From NCBI GenBank assembly GCA_030765585.1, contig JAVCCJ010000075.1, forward strand, positions 37,482 through 101,481: a stretch of 64,000 nucleotides of DNA, in the 5' to 3' direction. Below are positions 49,390 to 59,919 of the stretch, one piece after another; position 1 is the stretch's first letter; each line of letters opens with the position of its first letter. The notes beneath the pieces are model-generated. The model did not search any database. It was not told the DNA's origin and saw only the letters and a list, made by a program, of their open reading frames with translations. The stretch comes from Candidatus Zapsychrus exili. Lineage in GTDB: Bacteria > Omnitrophota > Gorgyraeia > Zapsychrales > Zapsychraceae. A program made the translations under genes and the position numbers.

Positions 49390-50679
49390 ATGAACTTTAT
49401 AGAAGTAACAGCATATCTAAATTCCTTCATTAATTATGAATCAAGTCTACATAAAATAAAAGCAGAACAGTTTAGCTTAAATGGCATCAAAGCTTTGATG
49501 CATGCCCTAGGGAATCCACAAGATAATTTAAGAATTGTACATGTAGCAGGCACAAAAGGTAAAGGGTCTGTAAGCGCCATGACGGCTTCTATATTAAAAG
49601 AAGCAGGTTATAAGGTTGGCTTGTATACTTCGCCACATTTAAATAATCTTAGAGAGAGGATTAGAATACTTGTTTTAGACAAGAATTCTATATCAGATGT
49701 AGATGATATATTTTTAGATTCAATAACAGAAAATGAATTATTTAATATATTAGAAGAGATCAAGCTAAAAATAGATCAAGTAAGGGCGGCTCAACCTTTA
49801 ACCTTCTTTGAAGTTTTAACTGCCATAAGTCTTTATTATTTTTCTAAAGAAAATGTAGATTTTGTAGTTTTAGAAACGGGATTGGGCGGAAGGCTTGATG
49901 CTACCAATGTTGTTAAGTCAGAGGTTGCGGTAGTTACGCCTATTAGTTTGGAGCATACAAATATTTTAGGTAATAATTTAAAAGAGATAGTTATAGAAAA
50001 AGCAGCTATTATTAAAGACAAGGGACAGAAAGTTGTTTTGTCTCCACAAGAGAAAGAAATAAAAGATATCTTAATTGATAGATGTAATAAATTTAGTATT
50101 AAACCTTTTTGTGTAGATAAAGATAAGGTGGACAATTTAGAAATAAGTTTATTAGGCAAGCATCAAAAAATAAATGCCGCAGTTTCGATAGGAATAATAA
50201 ATGCTTTAATTGAGAACGGATTTGATATTAAAGAAAACGCTATACGTCAAGGTTTGAAGAATTTATTCTGGCCGGGAAGATTTGAAGTTATGAAAAAAGA
50301 TGGGTTTACAATTGTTTTAGATTGTGCACATAATGTTGATTCAATGAAGACAGTAGTGGAAACTATAAAAGAAAACTTTTCTCCCTGCAAGGTCGTAGCT
50401 GTTTTGGGTCTATCTGCTGATAAGGATAGGGTTGGAATTTGCCAGGAATTAAACAACATATCTGATGAAATTATAGCTACGAGATCACAACATCCAAGAG
50501 CTTATAGTTTTAACGTTGATGAGCTAAAAAGCTTGTTTAAGGGTAAGTCGTGTTCTATAATTTACGACATTAAAGATGCTCTCGAAGAGGCGCAAAATAA
50601 AGCAGATCATAAAAGTGTTATTTTAGTAACAGGCTCGTTGTTTGTTGTTAATGAGGCAAGACAATTATGCATAAATTAA
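49390..50679 (+). CDS. folC: folylpolyglutamate synthase / dihydrofolate synthase
   Basis: Mur-ligase P-loop HVAGTKGKGS and the Mur ligase middle and C-terminal domains. Confidence 0.85.
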   Translation: MNFIEVTAYLNSFINYESSLHKIKAEQFSLNGIKALMHALGNPQDNLRIVHVAGTKGKGSVSAMTASILKEAGYKVGLYTSPHLNNLRERIRILVLDKNSISDVDDIFLDSITENELFNILEEIKLKIDQVRAAQPLTFFEVLTAISLYYFSKENVDFVVLETGLGGRLDATNVVKSEVAVVTPISLEHTNILGNNLKEIVIEKAAIIKDKGQKVVLSPQEKEIKDILIDRCNKFSIKPFCVDKDKVDNLEISLLGKHQKINAAVSIGIINALIENGFDIKENAIRQGLKNLFWPGRFEVMKKDGFTIVLDCAHNVDSMKTVVETIKENFSPCKVVAVLGLSADKDRVGICQELNNISDEIIATRSQHPRAYSFNVDELKSLFKGKSCSIIYDIKDALEEAQNKADHKSVILVTGSLFVVNEARQLCIN

Positions 50680-52067
50680 AAAACATAGAAGATACTATAG
50701 CTGCTATTTCTACTCCGGCGGGAACAGGCGGAATAGGCATAGTTCGCTTAAGTGGCCCCGAGTCTTTAAATATAGCAGAGAAAATCTTTTTGTCTAAAAC
50801 GGGCAAGAAAGTAGTTCAGTTTAAAAGTTTTTCTGTACATTATGGCTGGGCCATTGATAAAGATAATAATAATGAAATTATTGATGAAGTATTGCTCTCT
50901 GTTATGCGAGCGCCTAAAAGTTACACTACGGAAGATATTGTTGAAATAAGTTGTCACGGCGGCGGAGTTGCCTTACGTTCAATTCTCAAAGCAGTAATCA
51001 ATTTAGGCGCAAGATTAGCTGAGCCAGGAGAATTTACAAAAAGGGCATTTTTAAATGGAAGAATAGATTTAACTCAAGCTGAAGCAGTTTTAGACATAAT
51101 TAATTCAAAAACAGATGCATTCTTGAAAGTAAGCACACATCAATTAAAAGGAGACTTATCTTTAGAATTAGAAAGTATTAGAGAAGAGTTGATGAATATA
51201 TATACAGAAATAGAAGCTTTTGTTAATTTTCCAGAAGATGAAATAGATGTTCAAGGTAAAAAGAATTTAATGCTTGATATTGAATCATCGAAAGCGAGAG
51301 TGGATAGTCTGCTTAGTACGAGCGATCAAGGTAGGATATTAAAGGAAGGTATTAAAATTGTTCTTTGTGGAAGAACCAATATCGGGAAATCTTCTTTGCT
51401 AAATGTTTTATTGAAAACCCCACGTGCTATTGTATCTGATATTGCAGGCACGACGAGAGATACTATAGAAGAAACTACTCAGATAAATGATATTCCTTTT
51501 CAGATTATTGATACTGCGGGGATATTAACTCCAAATAACACAATAGAACAAGAGGCAATTAAAAGAAGTCATGATTCGATTGAAAGCTCTGATTTAGTTA
51601 TTCTAATTTTGGATTCAAGTTTCCCATTATCTAGAGAAGATGAAGATATAATAGAAAATGTTAAAGATAAGAACGTTCTGGTTGTTCTTAATAAATCTGA
51701 TTTAGAGAACAATTTAGATGAAAAAAGAATTAGAGAAACATTTTTAAATAAAAATATTCTAAAAATCTCCGCACTTAATAAAATTGGTATTGATGGGCTA
51801 AAAGAAGCTATTGTTAATTTTGTGCTCCATGGAGAAACCATTAAGACAGATGGTATATTCATTAGTAATTTAAGGCATATTCAGTCGCTTCAAAATGGGC
51901 AGAAAGCCTTAATGTTAGCAGGTAAGAATTTAAATAGGGAGATGTCTTTAGAGTTTGTTTCTGAAAGCATAAAGGAAGCAATTAATTTCTTAGACGAAAT
52001 AACAGGTCGTAATGCTAATCAAGATCTTCTTGATAAAATCTTTTCTCAATTTTGTATAGGTAAGTAA
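50667..52067 (+). CDS. mnmE: tRNA modification GTPase MnmE (TrmE)
   Basis: N-terminal THF-binding domain, G-domain GRTNIGKSSLLN / DTAG / NKSD, and C-terminal CIGK. Confidence 0.9.
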   Translation: MHKLKNIEDTIAAISTPAGTGGIGIVRLSGPESLNIAEKIFLSKTGKKVVQFKSFSVHYGWAIDKDNNNEIIDEVLLSVMRAPKSYTTEDIVEISCHGGGVALRSILKAVINLGARLAEPGEFTKRAFLNGRIDLTQAEAVLDIINSKTDAFLKVSTHQLKGDLSLELESIREELMNIYTEIEAFVNFPEDEIDVQGKKNLMLDIESSKARVDSLLSTSDQGRILKEGIKIVLCGRTNIGKSSLLNVLLKTPRAIVSDIAGTTRDTIEETTQINDIPFQIIDTAGILTPNNTIEQEAIKRSHDSIESSDLVILILDSSFPLSREDEDIIENVKDKNVLVVLNKSDLENNLDEKRIRETFLNKNILKISALNKIGIDGLKEAIVNFVLHGETIKTDGIFISNLRHIQSLQNGQKALMLAGKNLNREMSLEFVSESIKEAINFLDEITGRNANQDLLDKIFSQFCIGK

Positions 52068-52819
52068 CCCTGCTGCAATAAATTTTCAGAGCTTTTGTTC
52101 ATTTCTTCAGCTTGTTTTAGAACTTCTTTATTTGCATTTATCAAATCTTTTAAAAATTCTTGATCTGAGAATAAGGTTTGCATTTTTGGATCAGTCATTA
52201 GGCCTACAATATTCCCATCTTGCAGTTTTTCTTTGATGACTTCATCTGTAACAAAACTTTCAAAATCTTTATGAGACATTAATTTCTTAAATTTCTCAGA
52301 AGATCTTATGTTGCTTACCACTCCTTTGTTACTGATGAGGGCGGTAGTTTTTGCCATAATATCTTTAGAAGTAGGGATTTTGTATCCAGTTAACTTATTT
52401 GCTGTTTTATATGTTTTAGATTTGGATATATCAGTTTGAATTCTTTCAAGCCATTCATGTTTAGGTGGTACGATGGATATTATAATAATTAAAATGGCAA
52501 GTATGGTACCTTTCCAAAGTAAGCAAAATAAACTTCCTAGTGCTTTGCTTAAGATTGAATATTTCTCTTTAGTTCCGCTCGCTTTATTTAAAACTTTTCG
52601 TAAAAGATAAAAAGATATTTTAATAATAAAGGGTCCTATCATTGGGATAAGCGCAGCTTTAAACATATCTTTGCAAATACTGTAATATAAGAGGCCTATT
52701 AAGGAGCACACTATTAAGGAAATGGGCCCTAAGGCAGAGTTTAAAAATCCTTGTTTCCATCCTCTGTAAAGCAGGTAAATACCCGCTAAAATAACAATAT
52801 AATCTGTTATTGAGTTCAT
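52046..52819 (-). CDS. CvpA-family membrane protein with C-terminal extension
   Basis: N-terminal CvpA-like helices (DYIVILAGIYLLYRGWKQGFLNSALGPISLIVC). Converges on and overlaps mnmE by 22 nt. Confidence 0.5.
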   Translation of the reverse strand: MNSITDYIVILAGIYLLYRGWKQGFLNSALGPISLIVCSLIGLLYYSICKDMFKAALIPMIGPFIIKISFYLLRKVLNKASGTKEKYSILSKALGSLFCLLWKGTILAILIIIISIVPPKHEWLERIQTDISKSKTYKTANKLTGYKIPTSKDIMAKTTALISNKGVVSNIRSSEKFKKLMSHKDFESFVTDEVIKEKLQDGNIVGLMTDPKMQTLFSDQEFLKDLINANKEVLKQAEEMNKSSENLLQQGYLPIQN

Positions 52820-53206
52820 TTATTCTCTTTTTTTGTAGGTTAACTATTACGTATAATAGTATAGCATTGTTAATATTTTATTCAATAGAGGGCTTCATTA
52901 ATGTGTAAGTTTTAAAAAAGTTCAAAACTTGCACTTTATTCTAAAAATAGTTTAAAATAATCGCTTATAAATTTGCATTTTGTTCTTTTATGTATTATAT
53001 TTAAGGTGAAGTAAACGCTTCCTTTTTAAGAAAGAAGGCATTTACTAATTCCAGCCACGAAAGTTATAGTTCTTAATTCCAGCCACAGGTAGTTTTGTTA
53101 GAATTTTAGCTTAATAAAAAATAAATTTCTTGATAATCAGTGATTTAGGCATTAAAATAAAAATATATTTGTTGCAGAGCGTTGATAATAAATAACTTAT
53201 AAAGAT

Positions 53207-53530
53207 ATGATTGATCAAACAAACAAAAGAAAACATGAAAGACTAAGCTGCGTTGTCCCCATTGAGGCAAGAGCAGACAGTTTCTTTAGAAATGTTAAGA
53301 CCACTGACCTTAGCAAGGGTGGAGTAGGCCTAGTTTCTGAATTTGAAGTCTCTATTGGACAAGAAATTGCCATAGAAATACAATTAGGGAAAAGCTCAGA
53401 CTCAGTACTTGCAATAGGAAAGGTTCAATGGGTTGAACTGAATTCTAATCAGCTTAATTATAGAATAGGTATGCATTTTAAGGAAGTTTTACAAGGATCA
53501 AAAAGTAGGTTAAATAAGTTCTTTTCTTAA
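53207..53530 (+). CDS. stand-alone PilZ-domain protein (c-di-GMP receptor-like)
   Basis: RxxxR-like KRKHERL and D/NxSxxG (TTDLSKGGVGLVS) motifs. Confidence 0.6.
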   Translation: MIDQTNKRKHERLSCVVPIEARADSFFRNVKTTDLSKGGVGLVSEFEVSIGQEIAIEIQLGKSSDSVLAIGKVQWVELNSNQLNYRIGMHFKEVLQGSKSRLNKFFS

Positions 53531-53544
53531 ATAGAGGAAATAAT

Positions 53545-53877
53545 ATGCTTTTAGAAGAACAGGGTATAGACGGTAGACTTTTTGAAAGATTTCAAGCCAG
53601 GTTTCCTGCAAGATTTAAAGATACTCGCAGCGATTTTGGAGATAATGTAAGATTGCGTGATGCGTCAGCTCAAGGAGCGAAATTAACTACGAAAGATCGT
53701 CTTTATCTGCATGATAGTGTGTCTGTAGAGGTTAAACTTCCTGATGGACAAGATCCTTTAGTTATGAGAGGTAAGGTTGTTTGGTCTAAAAACAATGATC
53801 CTGACAATTGGGATATAGGTATAAGATTCCATAAAGTTAGCCTTATGAACATGTCTCGTCTTTTTAAATTTGTTTAA
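53545..53877 (+). CDS. stand-alone PilZ-domain protein (second tandem copy)
   Basis: ERFQARFPARF (R-rich switch) and DASAQGAKLTT (DxSxxG) motifs. Confidence 0.6.
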   Translation: MLLEEQGIDGRLFERFQARFPARFKDTRSDFGDNVRLRDASAQGAKLTTKDRLYLHDSVSVEVKLPDGQDPLVMRGKVVWSKNNDPDNWDIGIRFHKVSLMNMSRLFKFV

Positions 53878-53990
53878 TCTTCATCCCACCTTTGTTAAAA
53901 TACTTAATTATTCATATAATTTATTATACTTGTCTAAAAAAGACTATCGTATTAGAATGTATTTCCTAAAATAAACATAAGAGGATAGCT

Positions 53991-56696
53991 ATGGAATTTG
54001 ATTATTCGTATTTAGAAGACAGAATAAGCTTTAAATCTGACAATGCAAAGAGCTTAAGAACGATTTATTTCCCTTTATCTGGCATAGATGAAAAAGGTAT
54101 AAAATCTTCTATAACACCTTATTTATCAGGTGATATTAAAATAGATAAAAATTGCTATCTCACCAAACCAGTATCAACTGAAGACCTACGTTGTTCCCTA
54201 CGTAATTTCTTTTTATATTTAGAAGACAAACAAGTTCTATCAATAGCAAATGAAGAAGATTCTGAGTGTGAGTCTACTTTTCTTGAAGCTGGACAACTTT
54301 GGCAAGGTCTAACTAAACAATGCAAAAAAGGAATTGAGCTTAAAGCTTTGAATTTTGTTCCTGTTACAGGGCAAAATGTTGAGCTTATGAAAATAACAGT
54401 GCGAAATACTTCTAAAGATAATATTAAGTTTGTTCCAACAGCGGCCGTTCCAATATTTGCTAGATGTTTATCAAATAAGCATGATCATGAGCATGTTAGC
54501 TCTTTGTTAAATAGAATCAAACAGACGCCCGAGGGTGTTGTGGTTAAGCCTTCTATGGTATTTAACGAGGAGGGTCATAGAGAGAATAATACTATTTATT
54601 ATGTGGTAGGCGTAGATGATACTAGTAAATTACCAGAAGGAACATTTCCTACAGTAAATAGTTTTTTGGCAGATAACACAACGTTTTTAAATCCAGAAGC
54701 TGTTGTTAAGAATATAACTCCAGAGGTTTTAACTAATGTCCAACTGCAAGGAAAAGAGGCTGTTGGCGCTTTACGTTTTAATTTAATTGAATTGAAGCCT
54801 GAAGAGTCAAAAGAATATTTTATTTTGATGGGCGTAGCTCAAAATGAGAAAGAAATTAAGGAAGTATTTAATAGTTTTAATTCAAAAGAAAAATTTGATA
54901 AAGCTTTGTCAGAAAATAAAAAGCATTGGAAAGATATAACAGGTGCAATAACATTTTCTACAAAGGATGAAGATTTCAACTCTTGGATGAGGTGGGTGAC
55001 GTTACAGCCGATTCTTAGAAGGATTTTTGGATGTTCTTTTTTACCTGACCATGATTATGGAAAAGGAGGAAAAGGCTGGAGAGACATTTGGCAAGATCTG
55101 CTTTCTTTGATTTTAATTGAGCCTGATCAAGTAAGAGATACTCTTGTAAATAATTTTGCAGGTGTAAGAATTGATGGTTCAAATGCAACTATAATAGGAT
55201 CTAAGCCAGGTGAATTTATCGCCGATAGAAATGCTATATCTAGAGTTTGGATGGATCATGGAGTATGGCCTTTTACAGCGCTTCTTCTTTATATAAATCA
55301 AACGGGTGATTTTGATATTCTTTTTGAGAATCAAGCTTACTTTAAAGATCTTCAGTTATCTCGTTGTTCGGGAAAAGATATTTCTTGGAATTTAGCGCAA
55401 GGCAATCAATTAAAGAACGAGAAAGACAATGTTTATAAGGGCTCTTTGATAGAACATGTTTTAGTTCAACATTTAGTCCAGTTTTTTAATGTAGGGGAGC
55501 ACAATATTACAAAGTTAGAGAATGCTGATTGGAATGATGGTTTAGATATGGCAGCTAAACGTGGTGAAAGCGTTGCTTTTATGAGTTTTTATGGCGGCAA
55601 TATGCTTGCACTTGCTGATCTTTTAGAAAAAATAGCTAAAGAAAAAAATATATCAGAAATACCTGTCCTAGAGGAACTTTCAACTCTTTTAGATTCTGTT
55701 TCAAAAGATAGCGTTGACTATTCGAGCGTAAAACAGAAGCAAGATTTTTTATATGAGAAATATTTTAAATCTGTACAGCCTAAAGTAAATGGTAAACAGG
55801 TAATGCTTAAAATACAAGACATTGTGATTGATTTGCGTAAAAAGGGTCAATGGATTTTTGATTATATTAGAAATAATGAGAAAATTAAGTCCGGTGGTAA
55901 CTTATGGTTTAATGGATATTATGATAATGAAGGCAAAAAAGTTGAAGGAGATATTAAAGGCAAGACTAGAATGACTTTGACGGGGCAGGTTTTCCCTGTT
56001 ATGAGCGGTCTAGCAACAGAGGATGAAATAAAAAGTATTGTTGAATCAGTAGAAGAGCATTTGATTGATAAGGATTTAGGAGGAGTAAGGCTAAATACTG
56101 ATTTTGGAATAGATAATTATTTAAGTCTTGGTCGTGCGTTCGGATTTGCTTATGGTACAAAAGAAAATGGAGCGTTCTTTAGTCATATGACAGTTATGTA
56201 TGCTTATGCTTTATACTCTCGAGGTTTTGCTAGGGAAGGTTATAAAATATTGCAATCTATATATAAAATGGCAGCTGATACTAAAAAATCAAAGATTTAT
56301 CCTGGAATACCGGAGTATTTTGATTCAGAGGGAAAGGCTATGTATCATTATTTAACAGGTTCAGCAAGTTGGCTTGTTTTGACAGAGCTTACTCAAAGTT
56401 TTGGTATAAGGGCAGATGCTGGAGATCTTGTTTTTGATCCTAAGCTTGTAAAAGAAGAGTTTAATAGCGATGGAACTGCTTCAGCCACTTGTAATATGTT
56501 TGGTAAGGCGCTAACGGTTGTTTATGAAAATAAAGATTTATTAGATTATGGCTTCTATGAGGTTAAAGATATTGTTCTAAATGACACTAAGTTTGATGTT
56601 AATGTAAACTCTGATAATTTGAATAAAGTTATAAAAGAAAAGATTATTAAATTGTCTTCACCATTAAAATTTCGCATAATTCTTGGTAAAAAATAG
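53991..56696 (+). CDS. GH94-like (alpha/alpha)6-barrel glycoside phosphorylase/hydrolase (cellobiose/cellodextrin/chitobiose-phosphorylase-like)
   Basis: N-terminal beta-sandwich followed by an (alpha/alpha)6 domain with the ENADWNDGLDMA motif (DWND is my recollection of the GH94 catalytic Asp environment). 901 aa, no signal peptide. Confidence 0.5.
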   Translation: MEFDYSYLEDRISFKSDNAKSLRTIYFPLSGIDEKGIKSSITPYLSGDIKIDKNCYLTKPVSTEDLRCSLRNFFLYLEDKQVLSIANEEDSECESTFLEAGQLWQGLTKQCKKGIELKALNFVPVTGQNVELMKITVRNTSKDNIKFVPTAAVPIFARCLSNKHDHEHVSSLLNRIKQTPEGVVVKPSMVFNEEGHRENNTIYYVVGVDDTSKLPEGTFPTVNSFLADNTTFLNPEAVVKNITPEVLTNVQLQGKEAVGALRFNLIELKPEESKEYFILMGVAQNEKEIKEVFNSFNSKEKFDKALSENKKHWKDITGAITFSTKDEDFNSWMRWVTLQPILRRIFGCSFLPDHDYGKGGKGWRDIWQDLLSLILIEPDQVRDTLVNNFAGVRIDGSNATIIGSKPGEFIADRNAISRVWMDHGVWPFTALLLYINQTGDFDILFENQAYFKDLQLSRCSGKDISWNLAQGNQLKNEKDNVYKGSLIEHVLVQHLVQFFNVGEHNITKLENADWNDGLDMAAKRGESVAFMSFYGGNMLALADLLEKIAKEKNISEIPVLEELSTLLDSVSKDSVDYSSVKQKQDFLYEKYFKSVQPKVNGKQVMLKIQDIVIDLRKKGQWIFDYIRNNEKIKSGGNLWFNGYYDNEGKKVEGDIKGKTRMTLTGQVFPVMSGLATEDEIKSIVESVEEHLIDKDLGGVRLNTDFGIDNYLSLGRAFGFAYGTKENGAFFSHMTVMYAYALYSRGFAREGYKILQSIYKMAADTKKSKIYPGIPEYFDSEGKAMYHYLTGSASWLVLTELTQSFGIRADAGDLVFDPKLVKEEFNSDGTASATCNMFGKALTVVYENKDLLDYGFYEVKDIVLNDTKFDVNVNSDNLNKVIKEKIIKLSSPLKFRIILGKK

Positions 56697-56742
56697 GAAT
56701 TTTAATGGTATATCCTGCTTAAACTAAACTTAAAATTCTATT

Positions 56743-56771
56743 TTGACAATTATATTCCCTAATGATATACT
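56743..56771 (+). promoter_or_regulatory. sigma70-like promoter (TTGACA-N17-TATACT) upstream of the ABC transporter genes
   Basis: Perfect -35 TTGACA, 17-nt spacer and -10 TATACT. About 50 nt upstream of the ATG at 56824. Confidence 0.45.
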
Positions 56772-56823
56772 CATTGCTCTATACTTAATATCGTATAATA
56801 ATTATATGTTTTTAGGAGGTTAA

Positions 56824-58119
56824 ATGAAGCGAGTATTAAGCTTGTTTTTATGCTGTTTTTTAATTCTTTCAATAGGATGTGGAAAGAAAAAGAAAGATTC
56901 AAATACAATTACAATATGGCATTGGATGACAGATCGCCATAAGACTTTTGAGAGCCTTGCACAGAAATATGAAGAACAAACAGGAATAAAAGTTCAAATA
57001 GATTTATACGCCCCATCAGATGTATTTACCCACAAAATTATAGCTTCCGCCCAAGCAAGAGTACTTCCAGATATTTATGGAATTTTGGATAAAAAGAAAG
57101 TTTTTGCTTCTTTTATCGAGAACGGATTTGTTGCTGATTTAACAGAAGAATTTAAGAAAAATGATTCAGAATGGGAAAAGGCTATATTTCCAAAAGCATT
57201 AGATGTAAATCGTTTTAAAGAAGGAAATATATATAATATAAGACCAGGCATCTATGGAGAGCCTTTAGATGTTACTAATATTCAAATGCTTTATAATAGA
57301 AAGCTCCTTGAAAAGATAGGAGTTAAAACTCCTCCTGTGACATTTGAAGATTTTATCAATATAGCAGAATCTTTAAAGAGAATAGGTATATCAAGTTTAG
57401 TTTCTGGATGGGGTGAATTGTGGATGATAGAATGCTTTGCTTCTAATTACGCGTTTAATATTATGGGTGAGAAGAAAGTTATGGATACATTTAAAGGAGA
57501 AGTACCTTATACAGATCCTGATTGGATAAAGGTTTTTAGTATATTTAAAGATTTAGCTGATAGAGGTATTTTAGTAGAAGGCGTTGTTACTAAACCAAAT
57601 AAATTTGCTGAACAAGATTTCGCTCTTGAGCGTGCAGCATTTGCATTTAATGGATCGTGGTGTGTAAATGTTTATAATGATATGAATCCTGATCTTGAAT
57701 ATGGCGCTATGTTGCCGCCGTCAATTAATCCTAAATTGCCTATGAGAATATGGGGCGGAGCAGGGTCTTCTTTTGTTGTTAATCAAGATTCAACAAATAA
57801 GGACAAAGCTATCGCTTTCTTAAAATGGATAACAAACAAAGAGCAACAATCTTATTTGGCAAAAGAAACAAAAAATCTTCCTTCAAATCGTCAGGCCTTA
57901 TCTGATATACCTAAGATATTGTCTGAATTTGCAAGAGTCATGGATTACACGACTTATCCTTCTATTTGGGAATATAATGAAGCAGCATTGGTTTCAGAGA
58001 AATTTAACAGAGGTATTCAGTCTATCATTATAGGTGAGAAAACACCTCAAGAAGTAGCAGAAGAAGTGCAGGCGGTTAAACAAAAAGAATTGGAAAAAGC
58101 TAAGAGAAAAAGAAAATAA
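56824..58119 (+). CDS. ABC transporter extracellular solute-binding lipoprotein (carbohydrate, family 1)
   Basis: Lipoprotein signal (LILSIGCGKKKK). Sugar-binding-protein-family length and motifs. First gene of the SBP-permease-permease trio. Confidence 0.8.
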   Translation: MKRVLSLFLCCFLILSIGCGKKKKDSNTITIWHWMTDRHKTFESLAQKYEEQTGIKVQIDLYAPSDVFTHKIIASAQARVLPDIYGILDKKKVFASFIENGFVADLTEEFKKNDSEWEKAIFPKALDVNRFKEGNIYNIRPGIYGEPLDVTNIQMLYNRKLLEKIGVKTPPVTFEDFINIAESLKRIGISSLVSGWGELWMIECFASNYAFNIMGEKKVMDTFKGEVPYTDPDWIKVFSIFKDLADRGILVEGVVTKPNKFAEQDFALERAAFAFNGSWCVNVYNDMNPDLEYGAMLPPSINPKLPMRIWGGAGSSFVVNQDSTNKDKAIAFLKWITNKEQQSYLAKETKNLPSNRQALSDIPKILSEFARVMDYTTYPSIWEYNEAALVSEKFNRGIQSIIIGEKTPQEVAEEVQAVKQKELEKAKRKRK

Positions 58120-59043
58120 ATGCCAGCAATACGCAAAAATAATTTATTAGCTAAAGCAATAGATAATTCTGTTAATTTTTCTTTTGTTCTACCAGCTATT
58201 GCTATATTTTCAATTTTTTATATTTATCCTTTTTATGATATTTTTAATTTATCGCTTCATGAATGGAACGGTATTAGCTCTTATAGGGAATTTGTTGGTT
58301 TAGCTAATTTTAAAGAATTGATGGTAGACAAAATTTGGTGGAAGTCAATTTGGCATGCTGGTTTTATAACTATAATAGCTTTAACTTTTCAAAATATGCT
58401 TGCATTTTCATTAGCTCTTGTTTGTGATAGACAAATTCGTTTAAAGAAATTTTATAGGACAGTGTTTTTTATTCCACCTGTTTTATCTGAGATAGTTGTT
58501 GGTTTAATTTGGCAGTGGATTCTTTATGCAGGAACTCAATCAGGAGAGCATATAGGTCTTCTTAATTATGTTCTTGTTAAAAGCGGATTACCGCATTTGG
58601 TTAATAATTGGTTATCTAATCCAAAAACAGCCTTAACATGCATAGCCCTTGTTCATTGTTGGAAAGGTTTTGGCTGGGGATTTATCATTCTGCTTGCAGG
58701 TTTGCAGACAATTGATAGTCAGTTGTATGAAGCTGCACGTGTAGATGGTGCTGGAAGCTGGAAGACATTTAGGCATGTGACTCTTCCTATGATGATGCCT
58801 GTGATTCTAGTTGTTATTATTCTAACAGTGCTCGGTTCTATGCAGGTGTTTATCTTGATAATATCTATGGTAGGACAAGGACTTGGATACCATACAGAAG
58901 TTCCTGTCACGAGAATACTTTCATCTATGATGGGGACAGGTAGATATGGTTATGCATGTGCGATGGGAGTTAGCTTTGGAGCGATATTGATTACTATCTC
59001 AGCAGCGTTTAAATATTTATCTAATAAAACAAAACAAGTTTAA
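58120..59043 (+). CDS. ABC sugar transporter permease (MalF/UgpA-like)
   Basis: Six TM helices. EAA loop EAARVDGAGSWKTFRHVTLP. Confidence 0.85.
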   Translation: MPAIRKNNLLAKAIDNSVNFSFVLPAIAIFSIFYIYPFYDIFNLSLHEWNGISSYREFVGLANFKELMVDKIWWKSIWHAGFITIIALTFQNMLAFSLALVCDRQIRLKKFYRTVFFIPPVLSEIVVGLIWQWILYAGTQSGEHIGLLNYVLVKSGLPHLVNNWLSNPKTALTCIALVHCWKGFGWGFIILLAGLQTIDSQLYEAARVDGAGSWKTFRHVTLPMMMPVILVVIILTVLGSMQVFILIISMVGQGLGYHTEVPVTRILSSMMGTGRYGYACAMGVSFGAILITISAAFKYLSNKTKQV

Positions 59044-59047
59044 ATTT

Positions 59048-59890
59048 ATGATAAACAAATATACAATTAAGAAATTCTTTATATCTATAATTACTCATAT
59101 TTTTTTAATGACTGTTGCGATGTCGTGCTTGTTTCCGCTTTTTTGGATGTTACGTTGTGCATTAATGACCAATGAAACTGTATTTGTTGATAAATCGATT
59201 ATTCCAAGCCAGATGAATTTTGGAAATTTTATTACTGCTTGGGTAGAAGGTGGTTTTGGAATATATTTCTTAAATAGTATTATTTATACAGCATCGGTTG
59301 TTTTTGGCATTGTTATAATTGCTTCATTAGCTGGTTACGCATTTTCTCGACTGAGATTCCCAGGAAAGAACCTATTTTTCTATATGTTTATTGCGGCCCT
59401 AATGATACCTTTGCCGGGAAGCTTTGTTCCCTTAGTAGTGCTTATGAACAAACTAGGCTGGGCAAATACTAGATATGGTTATATACTTTGTATGATAAAT
59501 GTAGGTTTATCTATGAGCATATTATTGTTTAAGACATTTTTTGATAAAATGTCTCCCGACTTAGAAGATGCTGCAAGAATCGATGGATGTGGCAGGTTAG
59601 GTATTTGGTGGCACGTAGCGCTTCCTTTAGCAAGGCCTGCAATTGCGGTTGTTGTTATTTTTAATTCTTTAAATGTATGGAATGAATATATTTTGGCGAA
59701 TCTTTTACTGAATGATAAATCTCTTATGCCTTTGCAAAGAGGATTAATGGTATTTCAAGGTTCGCATAGTGTAGATTATCCATTGTTGATGTCTGGTTTA
59801 GCTATTGCGGTAGTTCCGATTGTAGTAGTTTATTTAGTTATGCAAAAGCATATTATAAAAGGACTTTCGTCGGGCATTACTGTTGGATAA
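59048..59890 (+). CDS. ABC sugar transporter permease (MalG/UgpE-like)
   Basis: Six TM helices. EAA loop EDAARIDGCGRLGIWWHVALPLARPA. Confidence 0.85.
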   Translation: MINKYTIKKFFISIITHIFLMTVAMSCLFPLFWMLRCALMTNETVFVDKSIIPSQMNFGNFITAWVEGGFGIYFLNSIIYTASVVFGIVIIASLAGYAFSRLRFPGKNLFFYMFIAALMIPLPGSFVPLVVLMNKLGWANTRYGYILCMINVGLSMSILLFKTFFDKMSPDLEDAARIDGCGRLGIWWHVALPLARPAIAVVVIFNSLNVWNEYILANLLLNDKSLMPLQRGLMVFQGSHSVDYPLLMSGLAIAVVPIVVVYLVMQKHIIKGLSSGITVG

Positions 59891-59919
59891 TTTTTGTATT
59901 AATTAAAAAGAGTAAAATT

